64,000 nucleotides of DNA from assembly GCA_040755995.1 (NCBI GenBank), contig JBFMAF010000011.1, forward strand, positions 1 to 64,000, read 5' to 3'. This document shows, one piece after another, positions 27,431 to 37,373 of this stretch (within the stretch, counting starts at the first letter, position 1; each line of letters starts with the position of its first letter). Source of the stretch: Acidobacteriota bacterium (lineage in GTDB: Bacteria > Acidobacteriota > CAIWXX01). The translations under genes were made by a program, and so were the position numbers. Under the pieces are notes generated by a model. It saw nothing but the letters and a program-made list of their open reading frames with translations. It did not search any database and was not told where the DNA came from.

Positions 27431-29989
27431 ATGAACATCAAGCAAGCTGAAGCCGCAGGCCCACGAGAACGCGTCGTGGGAATCTACCGTCAGGCCGAGA
27501 AAGCGCGATGGGTGAGAGGGCTCTGCGCAGGGGCTGCCCTCCTCGCCTGCGCACCGCTCCTCATCGGGCAGGGACTCCCGGTGCTCGACGCCGCCCAGCG
27601 GCGCCTCGCCCTCGAGAAGCTCCTGGTCGTAGGAAGCGCTCTCTACCTCGGCGCGCATCCCGACGACGAGAACACCGCGATGCTCGCCTACCTGGCCCAG
27701 GGACGTAAGGTCTGCACAGGCTACCTTTCGCTGACCCGCGGTGACGGCGGCCAGAACCTCATCGGATCGGAGAAGGGCGATGCTCTGGGGGTGATTCGAA
27801 CCCAGGAGCTGCTGGCAGCGCGCCGTGTCGACGGCGCGGAGCAGCTCTTCACGCGCGCGAGCGACTTCGGATTCTCGAAAACTCCCGGCGAGACACTCGC
27901 CGTGTGGGGCAAGGAGAAGACTCTCGCCGACGTCGTCTGGGTCATCCGATCGTTCCGGCCCGACATCATCATAACGCGCTTCCCCACGACCGGCGACGGC
28001 GGCCACGGGCACCACACGGCTTCTGCGATGCTCGCGGTCGAGGCGTTCGAGGCCGCGGGCGATCCCGGCCGCTTCCCCGAGCAGCTCCGCTGGGTTTCCC
28101 CCTGGCGCCCGCGGCGCCTGTTCTGGAACGCCTGGGTACCGCAGGGGCAGACACGCCCCGCGGAGGCGCCGGAGCTCCTCACCGTCGATCTCGGCACATA
28201 CGATCAGCTACTCGGGCAGGCCTACACCGAGCTCGCAGCCCAGGCCCGCAGCATGCACAAGAGCCAGGGGTTCGGAGCGCCGGCCCGGCGCGGTACCTGG
28301 CCCAACTACCTGCAACTCCTCGCCGGCGAGCCCGCGCGTGCCGATCCATTCGAGGGGATCGATCTGACGTGGCATCGTATCGCAGGCGGCGATCGCGTGC
28401 GCGAGCACCTTCAGCGAGCTCTCGACCGCCTCAGCGACGAGGCTCCGTCCGCCTCCGTCGCATCGCTCCTTTCGGCCCTGGACCAAATCGATCGGTTGCC
28501 TTCCGGCGGCCCACTCATTGACCGGAAGCGTGCCGAGGTGGTCGACGCGATCCGGAGCTGTTGCGGAATCTGGCTGGAGGCCGTTATCGACCGGCCCGTG
28601 GTATCCCCCGGTGCGTCCACGAAACTGACGGTCTCGGCGCTCAAGCGGGAGCCCATACCGGTCGTGTGCAAGCGGGTTGAAGTCTCGCATGTCGCTGGAG
28701 ATTTCCTCGCAGACCAATCCCTGCAAGACAACCTCCTGGCCGTCAAAGAGGCACCTATCCAGATCCCGTCGGATCTTCCATACACTCACCCGTTCTGGCT
28801 CAACGGAGCCGCTGCTCCGGCCTCGGCGTACTTCCCGGACTACGCGGGAAGGGCGAGCAACCCGCCGGCATTTGTTGCGAAGTTCTTCCTCCTGGTCGAC
28901 GGCCACGAGATCACTTATGAACGGCCCGTTCTATACCGCTGGACAGATCCGGTCGAGGGGGAGCGGTACCGCGAGATCGCCGTCGTCCCGAAGATCACGG
29001 TCAATCTGGAGGCACAGGCCTTGATCTTCCCACGACCAACTGAGCGCGCATTCCGCCTGGCGGCGCGCGCCAATGCCGAAAACGCTTCGGGGAGCATCGT
29101 GATCGGAGCCGCGGACGGATGGCGCGTCCACCCGGCGACGGTTCCGCTGAGCTTCACGACAAGCGGCGAGGAGAAGACGATCCAGATCCGGATCACACCG
29201 CCCGAGGTCGAGAGCACATCGGAGCTCAAAATAGAGCTGAGGGCGTCGCGCGATGAGCCGGCGCACAGCCTCGTCGAGATCAATTACGCGCACATCCCGC
29301 CACAGACGCTTCTGCCTCTCGCCACGTCCAAGCTTGTGCGGGTCGACATGGCAGCACCGCGGAGCCGCGTAGGATACGTCATGGGATCCGGCGACGAGAT
29401 ACCCGATGTGCTTCGGCAGATGGGCTTCGAAGTGACGTTGCTCTCCGACGGGGACATCGAGCAGAACCGACTGGACCGCTTCGACGCGATCGTAGTCGGC
29501 GTGCGGGCATTCAATACACGCCCGCGCCTCTCGGCGCTGCAGCAGCAGCTTTTCGACTACGCCGCATCGGGCGGGACCTTGATCGTGCAATACAACACAG
29601 ACCGAGATCTGGTCACCGATCGGCTGGCGCCGTACCCGCTCACGCTGTCCCGCGATCGTGTCACAGACGAACGATCGCCCGTAACGCTGCTCGAGCCTGA
29701 GCACCCGCTGCTCACGCGGCCTCTCAAGATCACGGCGAAGGACTTCGACGGTTGGATCCAGGAGCGCGGCCTCTACTTCCCCAGCAAGTGGGACCCGGCG
29801 TTCGTCCCGTTGCTCGCGATGGCCGATCCGGACGAGAAGGAGACCCGGGGCGCGCTGCTCGCGGCACCGTGCGGCAAGGGCGTCTACATCTACACCGGCC
29901 TGTCCTTCTTCCGGCAGCTCCCCGCCGGGGTGCCCGGAGCGATTCGGCTCTTCGCGAACCTGCTCTCCGGCGGCCGGAACGGCGGGTGA
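27431..29989 (+). CDS. PIG-L/LmbE family deacetylase with Ig-like and class I GATase-like C-terminal domains
   Basis: AHPDDEN, TRGDGGQN, RTQEL, DFGFSK, GHGHH and SMHKSQGFG motifs. Confidence 0.92.
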   Translation: MNIKQAEAAGPRERVVGIYRQAEKARWVRGLCAGAALLACAPLLIGQGLPVLDAAQRRLALEKLLVVGSALYLGAHPDDENTAMLAYLAQGRKVCTGYLSLTRGDGGQNLIGSEKGDALGVIRTQELLAARRVDGAEQLFTRASDFGFSKTPGETLAVWGKEKTLADVVWVIRSFRPDIIITRFPTTGDGGHGHHTASAMLAVEAFEAAGDPGRFPEQLRWVSPWRPRRLFWNAWVPQGQTRPAEAPELLTVDLGTYDQLLGQAYTELAAQARSMHKSQGFGAPARRGTWPNYLQLLAGEPARADPFEGIDLTWHRIAGGDRVREHLQRALDRLSDEAPSASVASLLSALDQIDRLPSGGPLIDRKRAEVVDAIRSCCGIWLEAVIDRPVVSPGASTKLTVSALKREPIPVVCKRVEVSHVAGDFLADQSLQDNLLAVKEAPIQIPSDLPYTHPFWLNGAAAPASAYFPDYAGRASNPPAFVAKFFLLVDGHEITYERPVLYRWTDPVEGERYREIAVVPKITVNLEAQALIFPRPTERAFRLAARANAENASGSIVIGAADGWRVHPATVPLSFTTSGEEKTIQIRITPPEVESTSELKIELRASRDEPAHSLVEINYAHIPPQTLLPLATSKLVRVDMAAPRSRVGYVMGSGDEIPDVLRQMGFEVTLLSDGDIEQNRLDRFDAIVVGVRAFNTRPRLSALQQQLFDYAASGGTLIVQYNTDRDLVTDRLAPYPLTLSRDRVTDERSPVTLLEPEHPLLTRPLKITAKDFDGWIQERGLYFPSKWDPAFVPLLAMADPDEKETRGALLAAPCGKGVYIYTGLSFFRQLPAGVPGAIRLFANLLSGGRNGG

Positions 29990-30052
29990 TCAGGAGCCCG
30001 TATTATGTCGCAGGGCCGGAGGGAAGGCTGGGCGTGTGTCCAAGGGCCAGCT

Positions 30053-30067
30053 GCGTTATAATAACGC
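30053..30067 (+). promoter_or_regulatory. Palindrome GCGTTAT-A-ATAACGC containing TATAAT, upstream of the DUF433 gene
   Basis: Perfect 7-bp inverted repeat overlapping a consensus -10 box. Confidence 0.55.
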
Positions 30068-30081
30068 GTATGAGCGGAGGC

Positions 30082-30417
30082 ATGCGACTAGAGGACTACT
30101 TCGACTTTGTGGGTCCCAATGATATCCGGATAAAGGGGACTCGTGTCGGGATAGAAAACGTGCTGTACGAGCACGTTCATCGCGGCCGGACGCCGGAGGA
30201 CATTGTAGCCGGCTACCCTTCTGTCACTTTGGAGCAGGTGCACGCCACGATCACGTATTACCTGCACAACAGAGAGCAGGTGGCTCGATACATAGCCGAC
30301 TGGTTGGAGACGGGAAGGCGTCGACGGGAGGAACAGGAGCGCAACCCGACCCCGGCTATGTTGCGATTACGCCGCGTCGCCGAAGAGCGCCTGATCGAGG
30401 GCGCCCACCACCCGTGA
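30082..30417 (+). CDS. DUF433 antitoxin
   Basis: IRIKGTRVGI...TPEDIVAGYPSVTLEQVHATITYY; alternative ATG at 30070. Confidence 0.9.
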   Translation: MRLEDYFDFVGPNDIRIKGTRVGIENVLYEHVHRGRTPEDIVAGYPSVTLEQVHATITYYLHNREQVARYIADWLETGRRRREEQERNPTPAMLRLRRVAEERLIEGAHHP

Positions 30418-30782
30418 GCGCAATCCGGTACCTCTTCGATGAAAACGTCCATGAGAGCATTCGCAGAGGACTGCATTTGCACTGGCCCGAAGTTATCGCT
30501 TGGCGCGTTGGGGATCCCACTGCCCCGCCTTTCGGTGAACCTGATCCCGCTATTCTACTCCGGTGCGAGGCGAATGGTTTCGCGCTCGTCACCAACAATC
30601 GGGAATCGATGCCGCAGCACTTGGAGATTCACCTCACCTCCGGACACCACGTCCCGGGCATTTTCACGCTGAACCCGACTCTGTCCATCGGCGAGATCAT
30701 CGAGGAGCTCGTGCTCATCTGGAGCGCTTCGGTGCCTGCGGAGTACTCTGACCGGATCCACTACCTCCCGTTGCGTCGATAG
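30414..30782 (+). CDS. DUF5615 PIN-like toxin
   Basis: YLFDENV...DPAIL...LVTNNR...H.PGI. Confidence 0.88.
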   Translation: MSAIRYLFDENVHESIRRGLHLHWPEVIAWRVGDPTAPPFGEPDPAILLRCEANGFALVTNNRESMPQHLEIHLTSGHHVPGIFTLNPTLSIGEIIEELVLIWSASVPAEYSDRIHYLPLRR

Positions 30783-30932
30783 ATCGGCACTCTCTTCGGG
30801 AGTCTTGATTCCGTGCACGGCGCGATGAGAATGCGGTGCGAGAGGAGCGACCCGGTGAGTGCGTGTCGCCTGGACAGGACCGGCCCGCGCCGGTTCTCGA
30901 TGCCACACCCCTCCGCTGAGGTGCGGTGAGCC

Positions 30933-31073
30933 GTGCCGGAGCTGGACGCGCACGACGAGGGAGCCGGCCGCGAGCAGCCGGAGCCCAACTGGCGGCTGTT
31001 GTACGCCGTTGTGCTCGGCGAGCTGCTTGCCCTGATCCTGCTCTTCTACGCGTTCACCAGGATATTTTCGTGA
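30933..31073 (+). CDS. 46-aa single-TM protein coupled to the sodium:solute symporter (not in the ORF track)
   Basis: ...PNWRLLYAVVLGELLALILLFYAFTRIFS*; its TGA overlaps the symporter GTG. Confidence 0.75.
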   Translation: MPELDAHDEGAGREQPEPNWRLLYAVVLGELLALILLFYAFTRIFS

Positions 31074-32764
31074 GTGCGATCGACTGGGTCGTGCTGGCCT
31101 CGTCGCTCGTGTTCATCGTCGTCTACGGTGTTCTGCGCGGCGGCAAGAACGAGGACGTGTCATCTTACTTGCTGGCCGGGCGCGAGATGCGATGGCGATC
31201 GATCACGTTGTCGATCATGGCGACACAGGCGAGCGCTATCACGTTCCTCTCGACACCCGGCCAGGCGTATGCAGACGGAATGCGTTTCGTACAGTTCTAC
31301 CTGGGCCTGCCGCTCGCAATGATCCTTCTGGCCATCTTCGCTGCCCCCGCATATCACCGCCTGCGCCTGTTCACCGCCTACGAGTTCCTCGAGACACGTT
31401 TCGACCTCAAGACGCGCGCTCTGACATCGTTTCTATTTCTTGTGCAGCGCGGTCTGGCAGCCGGCCTCACTATCTACGCGCCGTCGCTGATCCTGTCGGT
31501 GATTCTCGGATGGGACATCCACATCACCACCGCGATCATGGGGGGCATGGTCATCGTGTACACGACCACAGGTGGAGCCCGCGCGGTCAACAGGACGCAG
31601 AACCAGCAAGTGCTCATCATTCTGCTCGGGATGGCGGCAGCGGCGGTCGTGATCGTGCGCGCTCTTCCGCCCGGTGTTTCCTTTCTCGATGCGCTGCAGG
31701 TGGCCGGGAAAGCCGGTCGCCTGAATGCCATCGACACGTCAGTCGATCTTACGAGCCGCTATACGCTCTGGTCGGGGCTCATCGGCGGCATGTTCCTGGC
31801 CCTCTCCTATTTCGGCACCGACCAGTCTCAGGTGCAGCGGTACCTCACGGCGCGCTCCGCCGCCGAGAGCCGCCTCGGGCTCCTCGCCAACGGCATGCTC
31901 AAGGTTCCGATGCAGTTCGGCATACTGCTCATCGGCGCCATGGTCTTCGCCTACTTCCACTTCGTGCCGCCGCCCGTGTTCTTCAATCCTGTAGAGGTCG
32001 CTCGAGTGCGACAGTCGCCCGCAGGCGACCGATTCGCGCAGGTGGAACGGGACTACGAAGAGGCGGTGGAGGAGCGGGCGCGGGCCTCGACTGAGATGAT
32101 CGACGCAATGAGAGGAGGCAGGCAGGAGGACATCGCGGAGGCCGAGAGATTCTTCCGAAAGACCTCGGCGAGAGCCGCCCAGGTGCGCGCCGAGGCCGTT
32201 GAGATCATCGGAAAATCGGACCCGTCGGCCAACCCGGTCGACACAAACTATGTCTTTCTGAACTTCGTCGTGAACCACCTGCCCGCCGGCATCGTGGGGC
32301 TCGTTCTGGCTGCGGTATTCGCCGCGGCGATGTCGTCGACCTCGGCCGAGCTCAACGCGCTCGCGTCCTGCACCGTTGTCGATGTGTACCGGCGTCTCTT
32401 TCGCCGCGATGCACCCGAGGGGCGGGCGCTGCTCGTGTCACGTCTCAGCACCGCCTTCTGGGGCGTGTTTGCGGTCGGCTTCGCCGAGTACGCCGGCCGG
32501 CTGGGGTCGCTCGTCGAAGCCGTCAACGTGCTCGGATCACTCTTCTATGGCACGATCCTCGGCATCTTCGTCTCGGCCTTCTTCGTGCGCCGGGCCTCCG
32601 GCACCTCGACCTGCCTCGCCGCGCTCGCCGCCGAGGCCGCAGTGCTCGCGTGCTTCTTCTTCACCGGAATCTCGTTCCTTTGGTACAACGTGTTTGGCTG
32701 CGCGATCGTGGTCTCGCTCTCTTGGGCGCTGAGCCGGCGTTCCCCGTCTTCCGCAGCTCAGTGA
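31070..32764 (+). CDS. Sodium:solute symporter (SSF)
   Basis: ATQASAITF, TAYEFLETRF, GTDQSQVQRYL and AAMSS motifs; true start GTG 31070. Confidence 0.93.
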   Translation: MSAIDWVVLASSLVFIVVYGVLRGGKNEDVSSYLLAGREMRWRSITLSIMATQASAITFLSTPGQAYADGMRFVQFYLGLPLAMILLAIFAAPAYHRLRLFTAYEFLETRFDLKTRALTSFLFLVQRGLAAGLTIYAPSLILSVILGWDIHITTAIMGGMVIVYTTTGGARAVNRTQNQQVLIILLGMAAAAVVIVRALPPGVSFLDALQVAGKAGRLNAIDTSVDLTSRYTLWSGLIGGMFLALSYFGTDQSQVQRYLTARSAAESRLGLLANGMLKVPMQFGILLIGAMVFAYFHFVPPPVFFNPVEVARVRQSPAGDRFAQVERDYEEAVEERARASTEMIDAMRGGRQEDIAEAERFFRKTSARAAQVRAEAVEIIGKSDPSANPVDTNYVFLNFVVNHLPAGIVGLVLAAVFAAAMSSTSAELNALASCTVVDVYRRLFRRDAPEGRALLVSRLSTAFWGVFAVGFAEYAGRLGSLVEAVNVLGSLFYGTILGIFVSAFFVRRASGTSTCLAALAAEAAVLACFFFTGISFLWYNVFGCAIVVSLSWALSRRSPSSAAQ

Positions 32765-32805
32765 AGCGCGTCTGGTGCCCGGCGGCCCGCGTTGTATCGC
32801 GATGG

Positions 32806-32861
32806 CCGCGGGGACACGGCCGCCCCGTCACCGCGTCTCCGTGTCTCCGCGTCCCCGCGTC
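32806..32861. repeat. Octamer tandem repeat (CCGCGTCT-like, about 4 units) with an inverted unit
   Basis: ccgcgtctccgtgtctccgcgtccccgcgtc preceded by cgcggggacacgg, between convergent genes. Confidence 0.75.
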
Positions 32862-32906
32862 TGTTTCCGTAGAACCTCCGGCCTCCTACTGAGAGGCGGT
32901 GCCAAC

Positions 32907-33758
32907 CTACTTCTTGCCCTTCTCCCATTCTGCGAGGAAGCGCTCGCCGGGCGCAGTGTCAGCCTTGGGCTCGGCGGCCTTGCCCAGCTCGATCGCCTTC
33001 TCCATGGTTGCGATGGCATCTGCTTTCTTGCCAGTTGCCCAGAGGATGCGTGCCTTTCCGTACATTGGATAGTAGCTCGGGTTGATTGCCACCGCCTTCT
33101 CGATCCACGCAGCGGCTTCGGGCAGGGCCACGTTGTTCTCGACGCAGAACATCGCAGCTCTGAACGGCGTGCGCCAGTCCGCCATGGCCTCCCGCGCCTT
33201 CGCAAGCACCTTGTCGACGACGTCGACCTTCACCGTGAAAGCCACCTTCAGCCGGTCCCATGTCAAGGCGACTTCGGCAGACTCGGGCGAAAGCGCCGGG
33301 AAAGAGAACGTCATCCACTCGGTGTACTCCGACTTCTGCGGCTTGACCTTGATCCGCAGCACATCCTGTTCCGGCTTGTACTCGTAGGCCCCCCATTGCT
33401 CCGCACCGCTATTGAAGATGATGGTCCACTCGTCCTTGCCGGGGATCGTGAACAGCCCGTATGTGCCGGCCGCCAGAGGATGCCCGTCCACCGTCACGGC
33501 CTCGCCGAACGTGATTGTAGTGGCCTCGTTGGCACCCGTGCGCCAGACCTGGTCATAGGGAACAAGGTCGCCCCAGATCACACGCCCCTTGACGCCGGGA
33601 CGGCAGTACAAGATCTTGACCTCGGTGAAGCCGACCACCTGCGACACCGTGGCCTTCGGGCTGACTCTCGGAACATCGAGCTGGGCTTGTGCAATAAGAC
33701 AGGGTGTGGCGGCGACGATCGCCGTGAGCACCATTGCAGCAACTAACGACTTCTTCAC
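32907..33758 (-). CDS. DUF2911 domain plus TPR secreted protein
   Basis: PRVSPKA, YCRPGVKGR, VWRTGANEAT and AGTYGLFTIP motifs; GTG start with AGGAG RBS. Confidence 0.9.
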   Translation of the reverse strand: MKKSLVAAMVLTAIVAATPCLIAQAQLDVPRVSPKATVSQVVGFTEVKILYCRPGVKGRVIWGDLVPYDQVWRTGANEATTITFGEAVTVDGHPLAAGTYGLFTIPGKDEWTIIFNSGAEQWGAYEYKPEQDVLRIKVKPQKSEYTEWMTFSFPALSPESAEVALTWDRLKVAFTVKVDVVDKVLAKAREAMADWRTPFRAAMFCVENNVALPEAAAWIEKAVAINPSYYPMYGKARILWATGKKADAIATMEKAIELGKAAEPKADTAPGERFLAEWEKGKK

Positions 33759-34033
33759 TTGCGATTCTCCTTTCCTGGAAAGCTGTCTGCCCCGTCGCCC
33801 CGAGCCGTGAGGGGCAGCGAAAGGCAGCAGACCGGATGCTAGCACGGTCGGTGGCTTTGTGGAAGGCATCCATCGGGCCTTCTGCTGCCCGCCGGCTGAT
33901 TCTCAGGACCTGGGGCAGCATGGCGCCGAACGGTGATTTCGCTCGAAAAGTATAATGAATGTGTATGAAGGCGGACTGAGGAGCACCGGAGTGGGAGGCT
34001 GATCGGTGTTACTCCATTGAAGGGAGGTTTCCA

Positions 34034-34966
34034 ATGTCACTTCGTCCCATTAGACGAATAGCGAAGTCCAAACCCACGATCGAAGGCGCGGGAGTACACC
34101 TGCGGCGCGCCTTCGGCTTCGGAAACACGTCGGATTTCGATCCATTTCTGCTTCTCGACGATTTCCGCAACGACGTTCCGGAAGATTACCTGGCCGGCTT
34201 TCCCTGGCATCCTCACCGGGGGATTGAGACGGTAACCTACGTTCTCGGAGGCACCGTAGAGCACGGCGACAGTCTGGGAAACCGCGGCGTCATCGGCGCC
34301 GGCGACGTCCAGTGGATGACGGCGGGAAGCGGGATCATCCACCAGGAGATGCCGAAAGGCGATGAGGGAGGGCGGATGCACGGCTTTCAGCTGTGGGTCA
34401 ACCTTCCAGCCTCGCTAAAAATGACGGCACCCCGGTATCAGGAGGTGAAAGCGGCTGACATCCCCGAGATCAGCGATGACGACGGTACTCGAGTCCGGAT
34501 ACTGTGCGGAAGCTTCGGCGGCAAGAACGGGCCCGTCGATGGTGTCGCGTCGGATCCCATCTACCTGGATGTGTCGGTGCCCCCAGGCAAGAGGAAGATG
34601 CTGCCTGTCGAAATGGCACACCACGCGTTCGCGTACGTCTTCGCCGGCGAGGGGAGGTTCTGCAACGCCTCCGGTCCTCTCGCGGTGCCGACTGAACCTG
34701 TCGGGTGGTGGGACACCAGGCCTCCAGTCCACGCGGACAACCGATCTCTCATCCTTTTCGACCGGGGCGACGAAGTTCAAGTGCAGGCGGGAGAGGACGG
34801 CATCCGCTTTCTTCTCGTTTCAGGGCAGCCGCTTCACGAGCCCGTGGCGTGGTACGGTCCGATCGTGATGAACACCCAAGAACAGCTCCGGCAGGCTTTC
34901 GAAGAGCTCGAACGTGGAACGTTTCTACGGACGGGTAACGACGCTGTTGGCAAACCCCATCGGTAG
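34034..34966 (+). CDS. Pirin family protein
   Basis: DPFLLLD, HPHRGIETVTY, WMTAGSGIIHQE and GPIVMN motifs. Confidence 0.95.
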   Translation: MSLRPIRRIAKSKPTIEGAGVHLRRAFGFGNTSDFDPFLLLDDFRNDVPEDYLAGFPWHPHRGIETVTYVLGGTVEHGDSLGNRGVIGAGDVQWMTAGSGIIHQEMPKGDEGGRMHGFQLWVNLPASLKMTAPRYQEVKAADIPEISDDDGTRVRILCGSFGGKNGPVDGVASDPIYLDVSVPPGKRKMLPVEMAHHAFAYVFAGEGRFCNASGPLAVPTEPVGWWDTRPPVHADNRSLILFDRGDEVQVQAGEDGIRFLLVSGQPLHEPVAWYGPIVMNTQEQLRQAFEELERGTFLRTGNDAVGKPHR

Positions 34967-35217
34967 GCCGGCACCGTTTTGGCGTCCTTTGCCGGCGGCA
35001 GAAAGCGCCTACGTACGTAGTGCCTGGTTGCGTTCTTGGGCGAGGACGGTATTGGGGCCGCGATCCGAGCAGGAAGGAGAACGCGTCGAATAGCCAATAC
35101 AGGATCATCCTCACGTAGAGGGACACGGCGCCGGCTGGCACATGCCGCGCGCGTTCTCTTACATCAAGTGGGAAGGATCCCATGGCAGCTGCGATTAAGC
35201 AGGAATAGTAGGCGTGA

Positions 35218-36288
35218 TCAAGCATGATCGCATGCCCCAAGGATGTCCTGCAGCCACGTCTCTATCCGATCTCCCATGCTTCTCATGGAGAACTCCGCCT
35301 CCGCTTGTCTCCGGCACGCCGCGCGATCGATCTGGCCGATGTGACCAATCGCCCGAACTAGGTCGTCGACATCATCTGGCGGAACGAGGAATCCTGTCTC
35401 GCGGTCGCGGACTATTTCAACGAGCCCGCCGCGCCGGTACGCGACGACCGGGACACCGCAAGCTAGCGACTCCATCGCCACGTTCCCGAAGGCCTCATCC
35501 CATCTCGGTGTCATGATCAGCGCACGGCACTTGCCGATCCTCGCCTGGAACTGCCTGGTGGGCAGAAACCCCTCGTGGCAGGTATCGGTCCCAGGATATT
35601 GCCGGCAGATCTCCTCCCAGTACGCCGAGTCCGAGATGGCGCCAAGAATCCGAATGGACGACCCGGCGAGCCGTGCGGCTGCGATCGCGTGGTCCAGCCC
35701 CTTCTCGGGCGCAATCCTACCGGCCCAGCCGAGGCAGTCGTCTGGCTGCAAACAGAGGTCGTAGATCGACAGGTCCAATCCGTTAGATACGCACCTCAGG
35801 AGTTGTGGAAATCGGTATGTGCGCGCCTGGGCCAATGTGTGGACGGCAACCGTACCCGGAAAGCGGGTCGCTACGTCTTGAATGGCGCGGTCCATGAGAT
35901 CATTGAGCGAGCACATGCTCACGAGGTGCGCCACGGGCCGGCTCAGGATCGGTGTGAGCTGGAAAGGCAGCAGATCGTACGCGAAGTTGACCAGCAGGTC
36001 GTAGCCGGCGTGCAGGGCGCGAGCATGGTCCCACACTTGCGCCAGCGCCGAGCCGGCCGACACGACGAGGCGCGAGTCGCGAGGCATGGTCTGCATGGGC
36101 ACCTGATGGCTTCCATGAACCTCGATGATCCGCAGTCCCGCCGCGCGGCTTCCGGACGGTGCGACGATATCGACCTCGTGCCCGCGCGCCACCATCTCTC
36201 GTGCGATGTTCGTCAGAGTCAACTCGACACCGCCGCCCGCCCCACTGCCAATAGGCCCGACTGGAGTCGAAAGGAACAGCAGTCTCAT
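35218..36288 (-). CDS. GT4 glycosyltransferase, pteridine (tetrahydrobiopterin) glucosyltransferase-like
   Basis: STPVGPIGSGAGGGVELT, VNFAYD, HLVSM, GRIAPEKG and EAFGNVAMESLACG motifs. Confidence 0.85.
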   Translation of the reverse strand: MRLLFLSTPVGPIGSGAGGGVELTLTNIAREMVARGHEVDIVAPSGSRAAGLRIIEVHGSHQVPMQTMPRDSRLVVSAGSALAQVWDHARALHAGYDLLVNFAYDLLPFQLTPILSRPVAHLVSMCSLNDLMDRAIQDVATRFPGTVAVHTLAQARTYRFPQLLRCVSNGLDLSIYDLCLQPDDCLGWAGRIAPEKGLDHAIAAARLAGSSIRILGAISDSAYWEEICRQYPGTDTCHEGFLPTRQFQARIGKCRALIMTPRWDEAFGNVAMESLACGVPVVAYRRGGLVEIVRDRETGFLVPPDDVDDLVRAIGHIGQIDRAACRRQAEAEFSMRSMGDRIETWLQDILGACDHA

Positions 36289-36734
36289 GCCAGTGCGGAG
36301 TCGTCGAGCAGTGCGTCACCGGCCTCGCCCCCAGCTCCGACGCATAGTTTCCCTGCCTCGGGATCGCCGATACTGGCCGACTCGCGGACGAACACCAGCC
36401 GCCTGCTGAAATCCACTGGCTCCCGACTGAGACGGAGATGGAAGCGGGGCGATAGCTCGGCCTCGCCCATGGAGCTGCCGACTTCGGGCAGTCCTTCGGT
36501 CCCTGTGAGAATGCGGACGGTCGTAATGCGCCGGCGTAGGATCACGGCTGGAGTGTAGGGCTGAGGTGCCTTGATGTCAACGGCTCGCAGGAGCCGAGGA
36601 GCCGGGCGGAACCCTCCCGGCATGGCCTGTCGGGGTTAAGGGTGGTAGGAATCAGAGGGGCCCGGCCGGGGATCCAGTCGGGAAGCTCCTGGCCGCGGCA
36701 GTCTTTGCCTCGGCGGGCTCCCTTCGACAGGCGA

Positions 36735-37373
36735 TCAGAGCTTCATGCCCGGCTGATACCTGACCTCCTCGCCATGGCAATTACCGCACGCCGGCTTCTG
36801 ATCGTAAAGGCGTCCAGTGTGACAGTCCTGACATTCGAGCTCTTTGTGAATCACAAGGGGAATACCCACGACCTGGTCGTGTCTGAAGTTGGTCGAATTC
36901 CACGCCGAGTGACATTCAGGGCAGGTGGCGGGGACGTGGAAGTAGTCGTACAGATCCTTGTGACAGTATGTGCACTGCAGGCGCTGGTGACGGCGGCCTA
37001 GAGGAAACCCGGTCAGGCTATGATCGAATCCCCGCGGATCAGCAAATCGCAGGGGATAATCTCTCGTGCGATGCTCGACATGGCATCTGGGGCATTCGAT
37101 CCTATGGTCCCTGTGCAGGGGAGACGGCGAGTCTGCCGCGGTGAAATCAGCATGGCAGTTGAGGCACCGCGCGACTGCGACACCTCGGTATGGCACGTGG
37201 CAGTTGCCGCAGTTGGCATCGAGGCCCGCATGAGATTCTGAAAGAGCGGATGGCATCCACCAGGCAGGGCGGTACAGACTCCAGGCCCAGATCAGAAGCC
37301 CGAGCGTCAGGCCGTAGCTCCATCCCCAGCGAGTTGACCTCGACGCCGGGCGTTCGTCCATCTGGTGCTCCAT
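36735..37373 (-). CDS. Membrane-anchored multiheme cytochrome c (7 CxxCH)
   Basis: CGNCH, CLNCH, CPRCH, CTYCH, CPECH, CQDCH, CGNCH; FDHSLTGFPL; N-terminal TM. Confidence 0.9.
   Translation of the reverse strand: MEHQMDERPASRSTRWGWSYGLTLGLLIWAWSLYRPAWWMPSALSESHAGLDANCGNCHVPYRGVAVARCLNCHADFTAADSPSPLHRDHRIECPRCHVEHRTRDYPLRFADPRGFDHSLTGFPLGRRHQRLQCTYCHKDLYDYFHVPATCPECHSAWNSTNFRHDQVVGIPLVIHKELECQDCHTGRLYDQKPACGNCHGEEVRYQPGMKL

Noticed and set aside
30783..30830. Possible degenerate copy of the PIG-L gene tail after the DUF433/DUF5615 pair
   Set aside because: Only 6-7-nt matches (ctcttcg, acggcg), not distinguishable from chance.
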